Below are positions 12,561-24,903 of a stretch of DNA of 64,000 bases, piece after piece; position 1 is the first letter of the stretch; every line of letters begins with the position of its first letter. A program made the position numbers and the translations under genes. The stretch covers positions 8,618,001 through 8,682,000 of the forward strand of contig OX597828.1 in the NCBI GenBank assembly GCA_951406725.2, given 5' to 3'. The stretch comes from Octopus vulgaris. Taxonomy: Eukaryota. The notes beneath the pieces are model-generated. The model ran no database searches. It saw only the letters and a list, made by a program, of their open reading frames with translations, and was not told where the DNA came from.

Positions 12561-14270
12561 ATCTACAAACACACATTGTGATGGTGAGAAATAGTTTTCT
12601 AGAAAATTATTCTGTCCGGTCTCTTTCAATAAAGTAATTATCAGTTTTCGTCACGTTAGTTCGATGAGGATAAAGATGAATATATTCCCGTCTCTGGTAT
12701 TCAACTGATTCAACTGAGAAAAATTTAGGTCGTTTCAGGTAGTCAAGGATTATTGTAATATTAAAGATATAGCATTATAGAATGTCGAAAATGAGCAGCG
12801 TTTATAACAGGCCTTGCTATTCTCAGCAGCCTTAAGTCTTTATGAATAAAATATATAATTATTTCCTTAATCAATCCTTACCTTTTCATTATTTTTTTAA
12901 AGTTCATTTTTCGAAATTTTACCGAATAATTGTGTATGTGTCATGAACAGGATAATATCACGTGTTACCATTATTTCAAAACATTCTAAGCTATTAGTTT
13001 TTGTAGCTTTGTAAAATGACAGCTGTAAATTGTTCATCACTTAATTCGTGTCGTATAGTGATGAATGAAAACCAGGTAATGTACATCGTAATCTAGTATC
13101 TGTCTGTGTATTAGGAGAAACTATAATTTGTAAATGACAATATAACATACATTTCATTAAAAGCATATATTTCTAAGCACTGAATGAACCACTAGAAATT
13201 CTATCACTTCAAAGAAATGTTCTAAATACTTCAATACTATCGCTAACATTTATTTTGAATATTGCTATTATTTTTTGTATTTTATTTATTTGTGTGTGTG
13301 TGCGTGTGTGTATGTGTGTGTGTGTGTGTGTGTGTTTGTCTGTGTGTGTTTGGAAATCGTACAAAAAAACAACAATATCATTTTTTTTTTTGTCTCTTAA
13401 GTATTTTGCCTTTATCAATATAACAACAATCAAAAAGTATTAATTTAATTCGGTGGAAATATTTGCAATGTTTTTTTCTGTCTACTGAGGTTATAAGAAT
13501 AATTCCGAGATTGCTTTTTGGTAGAAATTAATGCGGTAACGTTTTATTGAAGTACCAAGCTATTAAAGTATCTTACGTCGATTAAACAATTTGGTTCCAG
13601 TTTTAATGTATTACTTGATGTAGTGTATTTTTTATTGCGCTCTGGTATCTTCCACATTGTTTTTATACCTATGAGAGTTCTAATAAAAACGAATGTTCCT
13701 AAACCATATCACTCCCGTTTGGCGCAGGCTTTGACACTTCATACTGACTCTTACATTATTGAATAGCACATCAATTCTTGGAAATAATATAACGTAGACA
13801 TAAAGAATTGTTTTAAGCAACAACAAATAAAACTGTCAACTATATTTATTTGTCTATATGGATAAATGTGACAACATTTTTTACTGATGGTGACAGAAAG
13901 CTGAATTATTTTTCTGCTGTTATTGCAATATTTTCGAGCTCTGATTTGCAAATGAGATTTCATTGGATCAACTCGATGCAGTTGACACTACATTATATAT
14001 TTTTTTATTACGCATTCTCTAAAATTCACATAAAAAGCAATCTTACGGCTGAAATTTTCTTTCAATGCTATTATTTCGTTGTTGGTTCAAAAGTATAAAT
14101 CCACAAGGATACTCAGAAATATTACGTTTTCCGCATTGATACGCACACGCACACACACACATACACATGTATGTATATATTACTTGTGTTAGACTATCTA
14201 AACGATGACAGAAATGCAGATGTGAATCTTGAATAATTTGTTTGTGTGTGTTTCTGTATATATAAATATA

Positions 14271-14482
14271 TATTTCTTTATTGCCCACAAGGGGCTAAAC
14301 ATAGATGGGACAAACAAGGACAGAAAAAGTGATTAAGCCGATTACATCGGCCCAAGTCCGAAACTAGTACTTTATTTATCGACCCCGAAAGGATGAAAGG
14401 CAAAGTCGACCTCGGCGGAATTTGAACTCAGAACGTAACGACAGACGAAATACCGCTAAGCATTTCGCCCGACGCGCTAACG
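14271..14482 (-). mobile_element. SINE family A, extreme 5' end missing
   Basis: Close match to other A copies. Confidence 0.92.
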
Positions 14483-14491
14483 TGTGTGAGT

Positions 14492-14535
<44 letters not shown>

Positions 14536-14537
<2 letters not shown>

Positions 14538-14820
14538 AGGCGCAATGGCCCAGTGGTGGGGGCAGCGGACTCGCGGTCGTAGGAACGCGGTTTCGATTCC
14601 CAGACCGGGTGTTGTGAATGTTTATTGAGCGAAAACACCTAAAGCTCCACGAGGCTCCGGCACGGGGCTCTTTCGCCACAACTTTCTCTGACTCTTTCTT
14701 CTGTTGGCGTACTTGCTTAGCCAGCGTGGTGGCGTCATTTGAAGGCTAAAGCAGTGCAAAGCGCATTGTGACCAGCGATCTGTAACAGCATTTGATAGTC
14801 TTGTCGGTCACGGTGATAAT
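14536..14820 (+). mobile_element. SINE family C, tRNA-derived head, tail type 1
   Basis: ggaggcgcaatggcccagtgg A-box, gtttcgattccc B-box; same head at 20.3, 23.4, 40.9 and 51.9 kb. Confidence 0.9.
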
Positions 14821-14821
14821 G

Positions 14822-14877
<56 letters not shown>

Positions 14878-14892
14878 ATACGTGTGTGCAAC

Positions 14893-15170
14893 GGTGCGTT
14901 CTCTAGTGGCAAAGGTATCACATTTACGATTGTGAGATCGTGGTTTCGACTCCCAGACTGGGTCATGCGTTGTCTTCATCAGTAAAATACATCAGTCCAC
15001 GTTGCTCCAATCAACTCATCCGTAAGTAGAGAATCCTGCGACGGAATATTCTTCGAAGAAGGGAGTATGTTGGCCTTCTCACCTAGCCAGCACAGTGATA
15101 TCATTCGAAGGCTAGAAAATGCGAACCACATTTTGATCAGCGATGTATAACACGTTCTTCTATGCGAGAG
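14893..15170 (+). mobile_element. Degenerate SINE (family D head) with the same tail as the preceding C copy
   Basis: gtttcgactccc B-box; tagccagc...gaaggctag...tgatcagcgatgtataaca tail. Confidence 0.65.
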
Positions 15171-15292
15171 ATTTGATAAAATGAAACCAATGGCAGCCTT
15201 AATACACAAATAAATAATCTTTAACCACCAATGCGGTGTTGAGAACTCATTCCCATTGCTCGATATTTACACAATCACACACACATATATAT

Positions 15293-15541
15293 AGGCGCAG
15301 GCGTGGCTGTGTGATTAGGAGCTGGCTTACCAACTACATGGTTCTGGGTTCAGTCCCACTGCGTGGCACCTTGGGAAAGTGTCTTCTACTAGTCTCGGGC
15401 CGAATAAAGCCTTTGTAGTGATTTTGAGAGACGGAAACCAGGTTTGCAAAGAATAAGTACTGGGGTCGATTTCTTGACTAAAAGCATTTTAGGTGGTACA
15501 TCAGCATGGCCGCAGTCAAATGATTGAAACAAATAAAAGAA
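15293..15541 (+). mobile_element. SINE family B, internally deleted
   Basis: Head and tail match other B copies; middle missing. Confidence 0.88.
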
Positions 15542-16050
15542 TATATATATCAACAGAGAAACAGAGTTAGAGAGAGAGAGAGAGAGAGAGAGAGAGCAAG
15601 CTAAAATATTGTAGGCGATTTGTGGGATTGAATAAATTTTCTTGCTGTACCGTTCCCTGCTAATAATTTTTCGGTTGACAGGAACTTGTGCTTAAGTAGT
15701 CCACCCATTTCTTTGTTTTTATAGTAAAATAGAAAGAGGCAAAAATTTAATATTAGCTGTAGTATAATATATAGGTATAAGTATAAGTATATTAGGGTGA
15801 AAGTACACAGCTTTCAACTTACACGTAGTATGTAACAGTACATTTTAACGTTCATGAGGTTCTCAGCATTTAATACTGTTGCTTAGAAACGAGTGCTGCT
15901 ATCCGCTTCTTAGAAGTAGGATTTGTTAATTTCTCGCCTAGAAACAATATAATATACTATATTATACAACAGAACGAAAACAAGGAATCGAAGTCATTTA
16001 AGAAAGAAAGTATTATTAGCATTTTAATTTTTCTAGGTATTTTACTTCCA

Positions 16051-16866
16051 TTCTGCTATAGGTACAAGGCCTGAAATTGGGGGTGGATAGAGATAGTTGA
16101 TTAATTTATCCACCCCGAAAGGATGAAAAGCAAAGTCAACCACGGCGATATTTTAAGTCAGAAGGTAGCAGCAGACGACATACCGTTAAGCATTTCGCCC
16201 GGCATGCTAACGATTCATATTTCTTTATTGCCCACAAGGGGCTAAACATAAAGGGGACAAACAAGGGCAGACAAAGGGATTACGTCGATTACATCAACAC
16301 CAGTGCGTAACTGGTACTTAGTTTAACGACTCCGAAAGGATGAAAGGCAAAGTCGAGCACGGCTGAATTTGAACTCAGAACGTAACGGCAGACGAAATAC
16401 CGCTAACGATTCTTATTTCTTTATTGCCCACAAGGGGCTACACACAGAGAGACAAACAAGGACAGACACACGGATTAAGACGATTATATCGACCCAGCGC
16501 GTAACTGGTACTTAATTTATCGACCCCAAAAGGATGAATGGCAAAGTGGACCTCGGCGGAATTTGAACTCAGAACGTAACAGCAGTCGAAATCAGCTGAA
16601 TTTGAACTCAGTACGTAGCGGCATACGAAATATCTATTTCTTTACTACCCACAAGGGGCTAAACACAGAGATGTCAAACAAGGACAGACAAACGGATTAA
16701 GTCGATTATATCGACCCCAGTGCGTAACTGATACCTATTTAATCGACCCCGAAAGGATGTTGGCGAAGTGGACCTCGGCGGAATTTGAACTCAGAACGTA
16801 ACAGCAGACGAAATACAGCTACGCATTTCTCCCGGCGTGCTAACCATTCTGCCAGCTCGCCGACTT
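16051..16866 (-). mobile_element. SINE family A composite/multimer (about 4 units) within a 16-bp TSD
   Basis: aggtattttacttcca at 16035-16050 and aggtatttcacttcca at 16867-16882; internal junctions at gctaacgattc. Confidence 0.92.
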
Positions 16867-17152
16867 AGGTATTTCACTTCCAGTCACAATGTTATATTTA
16901 AAAAGTTTCTTCTACTATCCACTTTATATTTCTCTCTTTCTCTCTACCTCTTCAACAAACCTTTCAACTATGTAACTCCTGTCTTCGTGTCTTTAACAAT
17001 TCTCTCTTTTTCTTCACCTCTCACCTCTCACCCTATCTCTCTCTTGATGTAACATCTTCATCTGCCCATCTCTTTCCATCTACGTTCCTTTAACCTCGCT
17101 ATCAGAACATAACCCTCTGCTAAATATTCTATACTAAATATATTTCTATTGC

Positions 17153-17284
17153 AGCTTGAAAGGTGTTTATAAGCCATTCAAGAAACACACAAAATATTAA
17201 AATTTAATTTCAATGATCTCAGATTTAATTTAATTTAAATGATCTCAGATCAAGTCACTCGCTATGCAAGTACATCTCCGTAAT
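17153..17284. mobile_element. 132-bp insertion flanked by a perfect 16-bp direct repeat
   Basis: aatatatttctattgc at 17137-17152 and 17285-17300. Confidence 0.7.
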
Positions 17285-17821
17285 AATATATTTCTATTGC
17301 TTTCCCTTTTCTTTTCTCTCCCCATCCTACAACTCGTCGTTCACACTTCTCTCCCTCTTTCTTTTATTGTCTCTTACTCTAGCTCTTCGCCTCTACCTTC
17401 AAGTAACCACGTGACACATTTGACCTTATTTATACTTTTTTCCCTACTTCTTCCTCACTTCGTTCTTCCCTACTTACACTCCTGATCGCTTTCTTCACCC
17501 CCCTCTCTCATTCACACACACACTTTTACTCCACCTCTCATTCACTCCACGTCCACCTCTCAAACTAACTAAAGTATAACGGGCGAACGAACAAGCTGAT
17601 TATTATATTGATTAAATAGTTAAAAACATTAAGATTGTGGAACTTACCGTAGTAGAGTATTTTAATTAAAAGTGTTTCAAATATGAGTGCTTTGAATACA
17701 GAGGGATTACCAAGCTATAAAATTTAAACAACCATATATGATTATGAATTTAGTTTCATGAAAATTTATCATGCTTTCTTTCAAAATTATAATATTTCTC
17801 ACTTCTTTCTCTCGCTCACTA

Positions 17822-17894
<73 letters not shown>
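17822..17894. repeat. (CT)n microsatellite
   Basis: Direct. Confidence 0.97.
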
Positions 17895-17897
<3 letters not shown>

Positions 17898-18151
17898 ATT
17901 CTCTGTCTCAGTCAACCACCCCTCACTTTACTTCTTACTTCCAAATTTCTTCCATGTGGCATTTCTTAGATAATCCTTTCAAGGCTACGTAGACGAACCT
18001 TGCGGAAACTGAAAAAACGCAGTGGCCTGGAACATGACAGAGACAACAAATGAACAAATGATATATAAAGATAACGAAGATCCTAAAAGTGTTCTAAATG
18101 AAGTATGGAAGAAAGGCATTTTGTCTTTTTGATGTATTTTTGTACTTCAAG

Positions 18152-18203
<52 letters not shown>

Positions 18204-19143
18204 GGAAACACTTCGTACAAATTTTGCCATTCATGATATATGTATTATATACATGCATATATACAAACTATGGGCGTTTTGTTCAGGGTTTAGTTCACAG
18301 GTGATCTAAACGATTTGGTACACTAGTTAAGCACAGTAACGGATTACTGGGACTCCAAGGTTATAACCGAGAAGGTAAGTTTGGAGCCATTGCAGAATCC
18401 CGATGCAGCAAACATGGAGGCAAAGCAAATATTATACAATATTATTATATGCATACGATTAATATATACAATTATATATACATTCGGCTACCGAATAATT
18501 GTCACATATGTCACATATTACATATATATATATATATATGTATATATATGCATGTATGTATGTATACAGCTCTTTGTGCACAGTGCAGTGGTACATTTAT
18601 TGTACACAAATGAGAGCTTTTTCGATTTTCACCTGACAACAATTTGATCACGACCTTTCACAATCATAATTAGTCGATTAAACATTCGTTGTTTTGACGA
18701 ATAAACATATACATATAGATACACCAAATATACTATTACGAGCAATGTTCTCATTAAAATTTCGCATGTGTAGTACGGTAATTTTAGCACCCGTTTACAG
18801 ATATCATGGAGGATGAAATATAACTTATTCTGCTAAAGTTATAGTTTTATGTTGCTTATACTTGTAAAAATATTTCCGTTTACTATATCAGTTGGAATAT
18901 ATCATTCCAATGGATTCCAGATGTAGTAAAACTATTCTGTCTGATTCAAACATACATATACATATATAATAACTATCAACAACTTTAAACGTGAAACTAC
19001 GAAGAACTAAAGTACATTCTCACTTCCTTGTTTATGGAAACTACGAATACAGTTACTGACATTTTAAATTAAACATATTAACCTAAAGAAACACACACAC
19101 ACACACACACACGAGACTACGTAATCTTATATATACGCATGCA

Positions 19144-19220
<77 letters not shown>

Positions 19221-19289
19221 CTCTCTCTCTCTCTCTTTCTATTTATAGCTTTAGGATATTTAGCATTAAAACAAATTTATCGAGATTGT

Positions 19290-19485
19290 AAGGCGGTAAG
19301 CTGGAAGAATCGTTAACAAGGCATTCAGAATGCTATGGAGCATTTCGTCCGAGGTCAACATTACCTTTTATCCTTCGGGGTCAGGAAAATAAGGCAAGTT
19401 GAGAACTGATGTCGCTATGATTCACGTATGATTCACATGCAACTTTCCTGAAATTGCTGGCCATGTGACCGAATTTCAAACCTAT
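19290..19485 (+). mobile_element. SINE family A, degenerate, alternative tail
   Basis: aaggcggtaagctggaagaatcgtta head; aaattgctggccatgtg tail. Confidence 0.7.
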
Positions 19486-19715
19486 TTTTATTGAGATGCG
19501 TGCAAAATATGATAGTGCAATCCAATGGTATGATATGAAATAGAGGATCATGGATTTTTATAAGTGTTACAGACGAAGACAAACTAAATGGAAATAACAA
19601 TTTAAATGAGTTCGCAAAAATGGTAATCGGTTTGATAGTTTTATTTAGATCTACACTCTGAACATTGAATTTATGTTTGCGTTCAATTTATGCACGCACG
19701 CGCGCGCGTACACAC

Positions 19716-19860
<145 letters not shown>

Positions 19861-19885
19861 TGTGCGTTTCACATATACATGTATA

Positions 19886-20011
19886 TACTCTTTACTCTTT
19901 ACTCTTTTACTTCTTTCAGTCATTTGCCTGCGGCCATGCTGGAGCACCGCCTTTAGTCGAACAAATCGACCCCGGGACTTATCCTTTGTAAGCCCAGGAC
20001 TTATTCTATCG
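19886..20011 (-). mobile_element. SINE family B, 3' tail only
   Basis: gcggccatgctggagcaccgcctttagtcga. Confidence 0.88.
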
Positions 20012-20124
20012 CATGTGTTTATGGCAATATTCTGTCGTGTTACTGTTTATCAATTGATGGAGTTAAACAACCCTCGTTTAATGAACTTAGTAGTAATACT
20101 TTTGATATTGCTTGTTCCTTCTCG

Positions 20125-20394
20125 ACCTACCCCTGGCTCATAAGGGCCGGTTTCCCGGATTCCTTAGCGTATAGTTTCCCACCTGGACGGGACGCCGGTC
20201 CGTCACATGTGAGCTGCAAGATGCAGGAGGAAAGATTGAGAGAAAGCTGTGGCGAAAGAGTCAGCAGAAGTTCGCCATTAACTTCTGCCGGAGCCGCGTG
20301 GAGCTTAGGTTTTTCGCTCATAAACACACACATCGCCCGGTCTGATATTGGAACCCGCGATCCCTCGACCGCGAGTCCGCTGCTCTAGCCACAC
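20125..20394 (-). mobile_element. SINE family C, tail type 2
   Basis: C head on the minus strand; tail homologous to the 23.6 kb copy. Confidence 0.85.
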
Positions 20395-20406
20395 TTTAAA
20401 TATATA

Positions 20407-20438
<32 letters not shown>

Positions 20439-21144
20439 ATTACATATATATGTGTATGTGAGCGCGTGATTGTGAGCTTGCGTGCGTGTGAGCGTGTGTG
20501 TATGTGTGTGTGTGTGTGTGTATTACGATGAACGTTTCGAATTTTGCTCGCTTGAATAAATCCCATGAGAGACTTGGTTCAGTTCTAAATTACCGCATTT
20601 TGTTCTGATAAGGACAAATACAACGCCGCCAAAATCTTGCTCAACCAATAACTTCCCCCTTCAAAGAATGTAGAACAAAAATATACAGTCACTATGGATG
20701 TAATTTACTGCTTTAAATAGGTTGTGTTTTTCTTTTGAATTATCAATATTTCTTTTTACGAAGAATTTTAATAACGTAATTTTAATTATCAACGTAATTA
20801 CAGTCTTTGAAACATATATATTCATACGGAAAATACTGTTGTTATAATAAATACTTTCGGCACGTTATTATACAGAACGTTTGTTGTTTTCTATGATGAA
20901 TTTTATAAACAATGGCGAGATGATCATGACAATCTTTGATTCAAATAAAGGACTTGATTATTTATTCGCCGTTACTGATGTAATAAATAAATGCTACAGA
21001 ATTGATAGTATTAAGGTAATATAATTATTGAAGTTGATATAAACAGTAAGTCGAGTGTTTTATGGCGACGGAAACATTAATATGCAAAGATATTTTCATT
21101 TTTTAACCAGTTAATATTCACACACAGACGCACACAATCACATA

Positions 21145-21460
21145 GGTGTATTCGTTTAAGGCGTATTTTATATCTATACGAGCAAGTTGTGAATTCGATT
21201 AGCGACAGTGCGTTATATGTTTGAGCGAGTTTCTATGTTTTATGTTGCTGCTGGTTACTCAACTCACAAAAATGAGTTGTGCCTGTATTTGAAAGGGCCA
21301 GCATTGTCACATTCTGTGTCACACTGAACCTCCTCCAAAGGTACGTTAAGTATACACGTGTTTCTGAAATGCTCAACCACACGCGCGTTAAATTCACGAA
21401 CAGCCAGTTCAGTTAAACGGATCTTCTGAAACCATCGTCTTCGTAAACGAAGGATTGCCA
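21145..21460 (+). mobile_element. Degenerate SINE (D-type head) with tail type 3
   Basis: cctgtatttgaaagggccagcattgtcaca...tgctcaacca is shared with 37.7 kb and 40.65 kb. Confidence 0.65.
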
Positions 21461-21799
21461 TTTTTTTATGTGTGTCTGTGTATGTATGTGTGTTTGTATA
21501 AAGGGATCATCCAACTAATCTTTACGTTGTGAAAATTTGCCTGAACAGCTTTGGAGGTAATTAGTGTATTACACAGACGAAACAGTTATACTAATCATAA
21601 ATCAAAATAAAAGAAAATGTCAATGAAACTTTCGAACTACCATTTTTTTCCATTTGAATCTGCAATATCTGTTTTATTCTTCTTTGGATACTTCCTAAAC
21701 TATTCAAATTACCTGACTACGGTGTCTTAAATTTATCGACGTTTATACTCCCTCAGGCAACTACAAAAACACACACACACACACGTATTTATAGATGTG

Positions 21800-21848
<49 letters not shown>

Positions 21849-21916
21849 TATATCTATTTATATATATGTATCTGTATGTATATTTATTTCAATAAATATA
21901 TATATATATATATATA

Positions 21917-22146
21917 TACGAGCAAAACGCCCCCCCCGTCCAATGTACAGTGCTGAGTTGTCAAGCATTTAAACCAAATTTTCGCAAAACAACTCGTCCG
22001 GCCGTCCCATAGGCCTCCCCTTTGAGAAATACTGATTTAGCCTAAATGTGAGACACCAGCTAAAGAAGAAAAAAATCTGATGGAGGATGCCTGAGATCCG
22101 AGAAGATACACAGACAGACAGACAGAACGGATTTTATATAAGGTAT
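21917..22146 (+). mobile_element. Short non-autonomous element ending in (GACA)n, inserted in an AT tract; possibly Helitron/Helentron-associated
   Basis: GC-richer block bounded by (AT)n on both sides; acagacagacagac near the 3' end; classification is inference. Confidence 0.4.
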
Positions 22147-22160
22147 ATATATATAAATAT

Positions 22161-22214
<54 letters not shown>

Positions 22215-22276
22215 TTGTAAAAAATGAAGTTCGAAAATGCTGCTATATTATACAATTTTTAATTTTTATATATACA

Positions 22277-22318
22277 TTATAACATGTTTCAGTTCCTGAA
22301 ATGAACCTTATCAAAAAA
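22277..22318 (-). ncRNA. Degenerate minimal hammerhead-ribozyme-like motif with U3-A8 core
   Basis: Minus strand: TTGATAA-ggttc-atttcag-gaact-GAAA-catg-TT; stem I weak. Confidence 0.4.
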
Positions 22319-22625
22319 AAAGTTATATATAAAAAAAGACAGCTCATGCCGTCAAACACAAGAAATTCATTTATAATACACAACGGAGTCAGACATCTTA
22401 GAGTTCATGTATAGTTGATATATAGTTTGAAGTAAGTTCATTCATGCTATATGTTCAAAGTGTTCGATGCAGTGGCCCACGGTGGCGATACGTATTCAAT
22501 ACAAAAAACAGATCAAAGTGGTGGAAAGCAGTCAATACAGAAGATTGATGTTTCCGAAAGAGCGAGGAATTCATTTTTTACCTTAAGCAATTGTGATGAC
22601 CCATGGTGGGTGTTCGCTGGGTGAT

Positions 22626-22673
<48 letters not shown>

Positions 22674-23420
22674 GTGTGGGTGTACTTACATATTCTGAGA
22701 AGCACGTAGAAAAGTTACGGAATGCTAGTAGTGATGTTTAATGATATGTTCATATCTATTCGCTCTCTAAGATTGTCAGCCGACAGGGAAATAACTTAAA
22801 GCAAGGATTTTGATAGGGTGCGCAGAAAATAGGCATTGCAAAGCAAATTCGTAAGTTTTCAATGTTGAGCTTTCATGTAATTTATGAGATGTTGTTGGAT
22901 AATAATTGTATCGTGCTAGGAACCGGTGGACAACTCTTCATTGTAACCATGTGGCTTAAAACCTCATGGTACTTTCAGAAGCAACCAAGTACGTAATTAT
23001 TTGGTTAAATGACACGTAAGTATTGAAAGTTAATAAGGATTCTACGTCTTTGTAATCTTTAGATAATATTGAAAGATTGAGTTCAAATATACTCCTAAAT
23101 AAAAGATATTTCCTCACTCTTTGGAAAGTTGTACATGTCGGAAAAACATTCTTTGTGATTTCTATTAGTAAATGTAACACGTGTAATGATGGATAAATAA
23201 TACCAAAATTATTTAAAATCCATCTTACTGTTTTGTTATATATTTCTGCAAACAATATTACCAAAATATTAAATCTCAAATGCACCTTACATCAAAACAA
23301 GGACGACAACTTCATGCTGGATTGCAATATGGGAGTAAGCAAATGTGCTTCAAGAAGACATATCGTGTATTTTTCCCACCTACATTATATACATGTATAT
23401 ATGTATGTATATAAGTATGT

Positions 23421-23725
23421 GGAGGCGAAATAACTAATAGATAAAGGCAGCGGAATCGCGGTCGGATGATCGGAGTTTCGATTCCCAGACCGGGCGTTCT
23501 GTGTGTTTATTGAGAGAAAACACCTAAAAGCTCCACAAGGCTCCGGCAGGGAGGGGTGACTCCTGTTGTACTATTTTGCCACAACTTTCTCTCACTTTCT
23601 CTCCCTATTTCTTGAGTAACGTTGCTATGGACTGGCGTACTGTCCAGCTAGGGGGAACATATACGCCACAGAAACTGGGAAACCGGGCCCCTGAGCCTGG
23701 CTAGGCTTGAAAAGGGCGACTTTTA
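23421..23725 (+). mobile_element. SINE family C, tail type 2
   Basis: C head plus atggactggcgtactgtccag...gggaaaccgggccc. Confidence 0.87.
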
Positions 23726-24304
23726 TCGTTTTTTTAAATATAAGTATGTATGTATGCTTATATGTGTGTATGTATGCATGTATGCATTTCCTCCTTTCTG
23801 TCTCTATTCCCTCTTTCATCAGTAGAAATCTCTTCTCTTAATTTCCACGATGACGCTTTATCTATGCTTATCTATGATTTTTTTTTACTATGGACCTCCA
23901 TCTACGGATTACTCATGGACTGTTTCAATAATACCCTCTTCAATGCCCAAGGATGTTATCGCACGGTCGCACTAGCGTCATCACCATTTATGATTTTCTC
24001 CTTTTGAACTCTGAATCTTATTTCTGTCACACACACACACAAACACAGACTGACACACAGATATATTATCCACTCATATACATATATAAACATGGCATTT
24101 GTCGCTTGAATGCAAGCATGCTAAATTTTATTAAGATGTATAAATAAATGCTTATAAGAAACGAGATTTTAATACAAACCCTTCAGCGCTGTGCGACATT
24201 TTGGATGAAGGGCTTGACTTTGAAACATAGCATTGTCTCGCTTCAGTTGGAGAAGTTGCTCCTTCTACCTAGATTTCTAGTAAAACTCACTGACATGATG
24301 CGAT

Positions 24305-24636
24305 AGGCGCAGGAGTGGCAGTGTGGTAAGTAGCTTTCTTACCAGCCACATGGTTTCGGGTTCCTTCCCACTGCGTGGCACCTGGAACAAGTGTCTTCTT
24401 CTATAGCCTCGGGCCGACCAAAGCCTTGTGAGTGGATTTGGTAGACGGAAACTGAAGGAAGCCCGTCAAGTTGCCGGACGAGATAGTGAAGATACCGACG
24501 AACGCTCGGTTCAAAGTCTCCCTTGACCACAAATGGCCTGAACTCTTTGCATAAACACCACCCTGTACATAACTCCATGTCCCCCTACATGGCCTTGCTT
24601 TTTGCTTTTTGAGCCAAAAAATTAACTAACTAACTG

Positions 24637-24687
<51 letters not shown>

Positions 24688-24903
24688 ATATGTTTGTGAG
24701 TCTGTGTTTGTCACCAACATTGCTTGACAACCGATACTGATGTGTTTACGTCCCCGTAATTTAGCGGTTCAGCAAAAGGGACCGATAGAATACGTACTAG
24801 GCTTACACAGAATAAGTCCTGGGGTCAAATTGCTCAACTAAAGGCGGTGCTCCAGCATGACCGCAGTCAAATGACTGAAACAAGTAAAAGTGTAAAAGAG
24901 TAA
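24305..24903 (+). mobile_element. SINE family B, full length, with a nested LINE fragment
   Basis: Head 24305-24467, microsatellite, tail to gtaaaagag. Confidence 0.92.
24468..24635 (+). mobile_element. 3' end of a CR1-type LINE nested in SINE B
   Basis: KLPDEIVKIPTNARFKVSLDHKWPELFA* (24468-24554) fits the LPxxVV...FKxxLD ORF2 end; short 3' UTR and (TAAC)n tail. Confidence 0.8.

Noticed and set aside
14536-14610. tRNA genes (also the heads at 24305, 44052 and 59897)
   Set aside because: A and B boxes are present, but each continues into a SINE body found many times in the window; no convincing cloverleaf or terminator.
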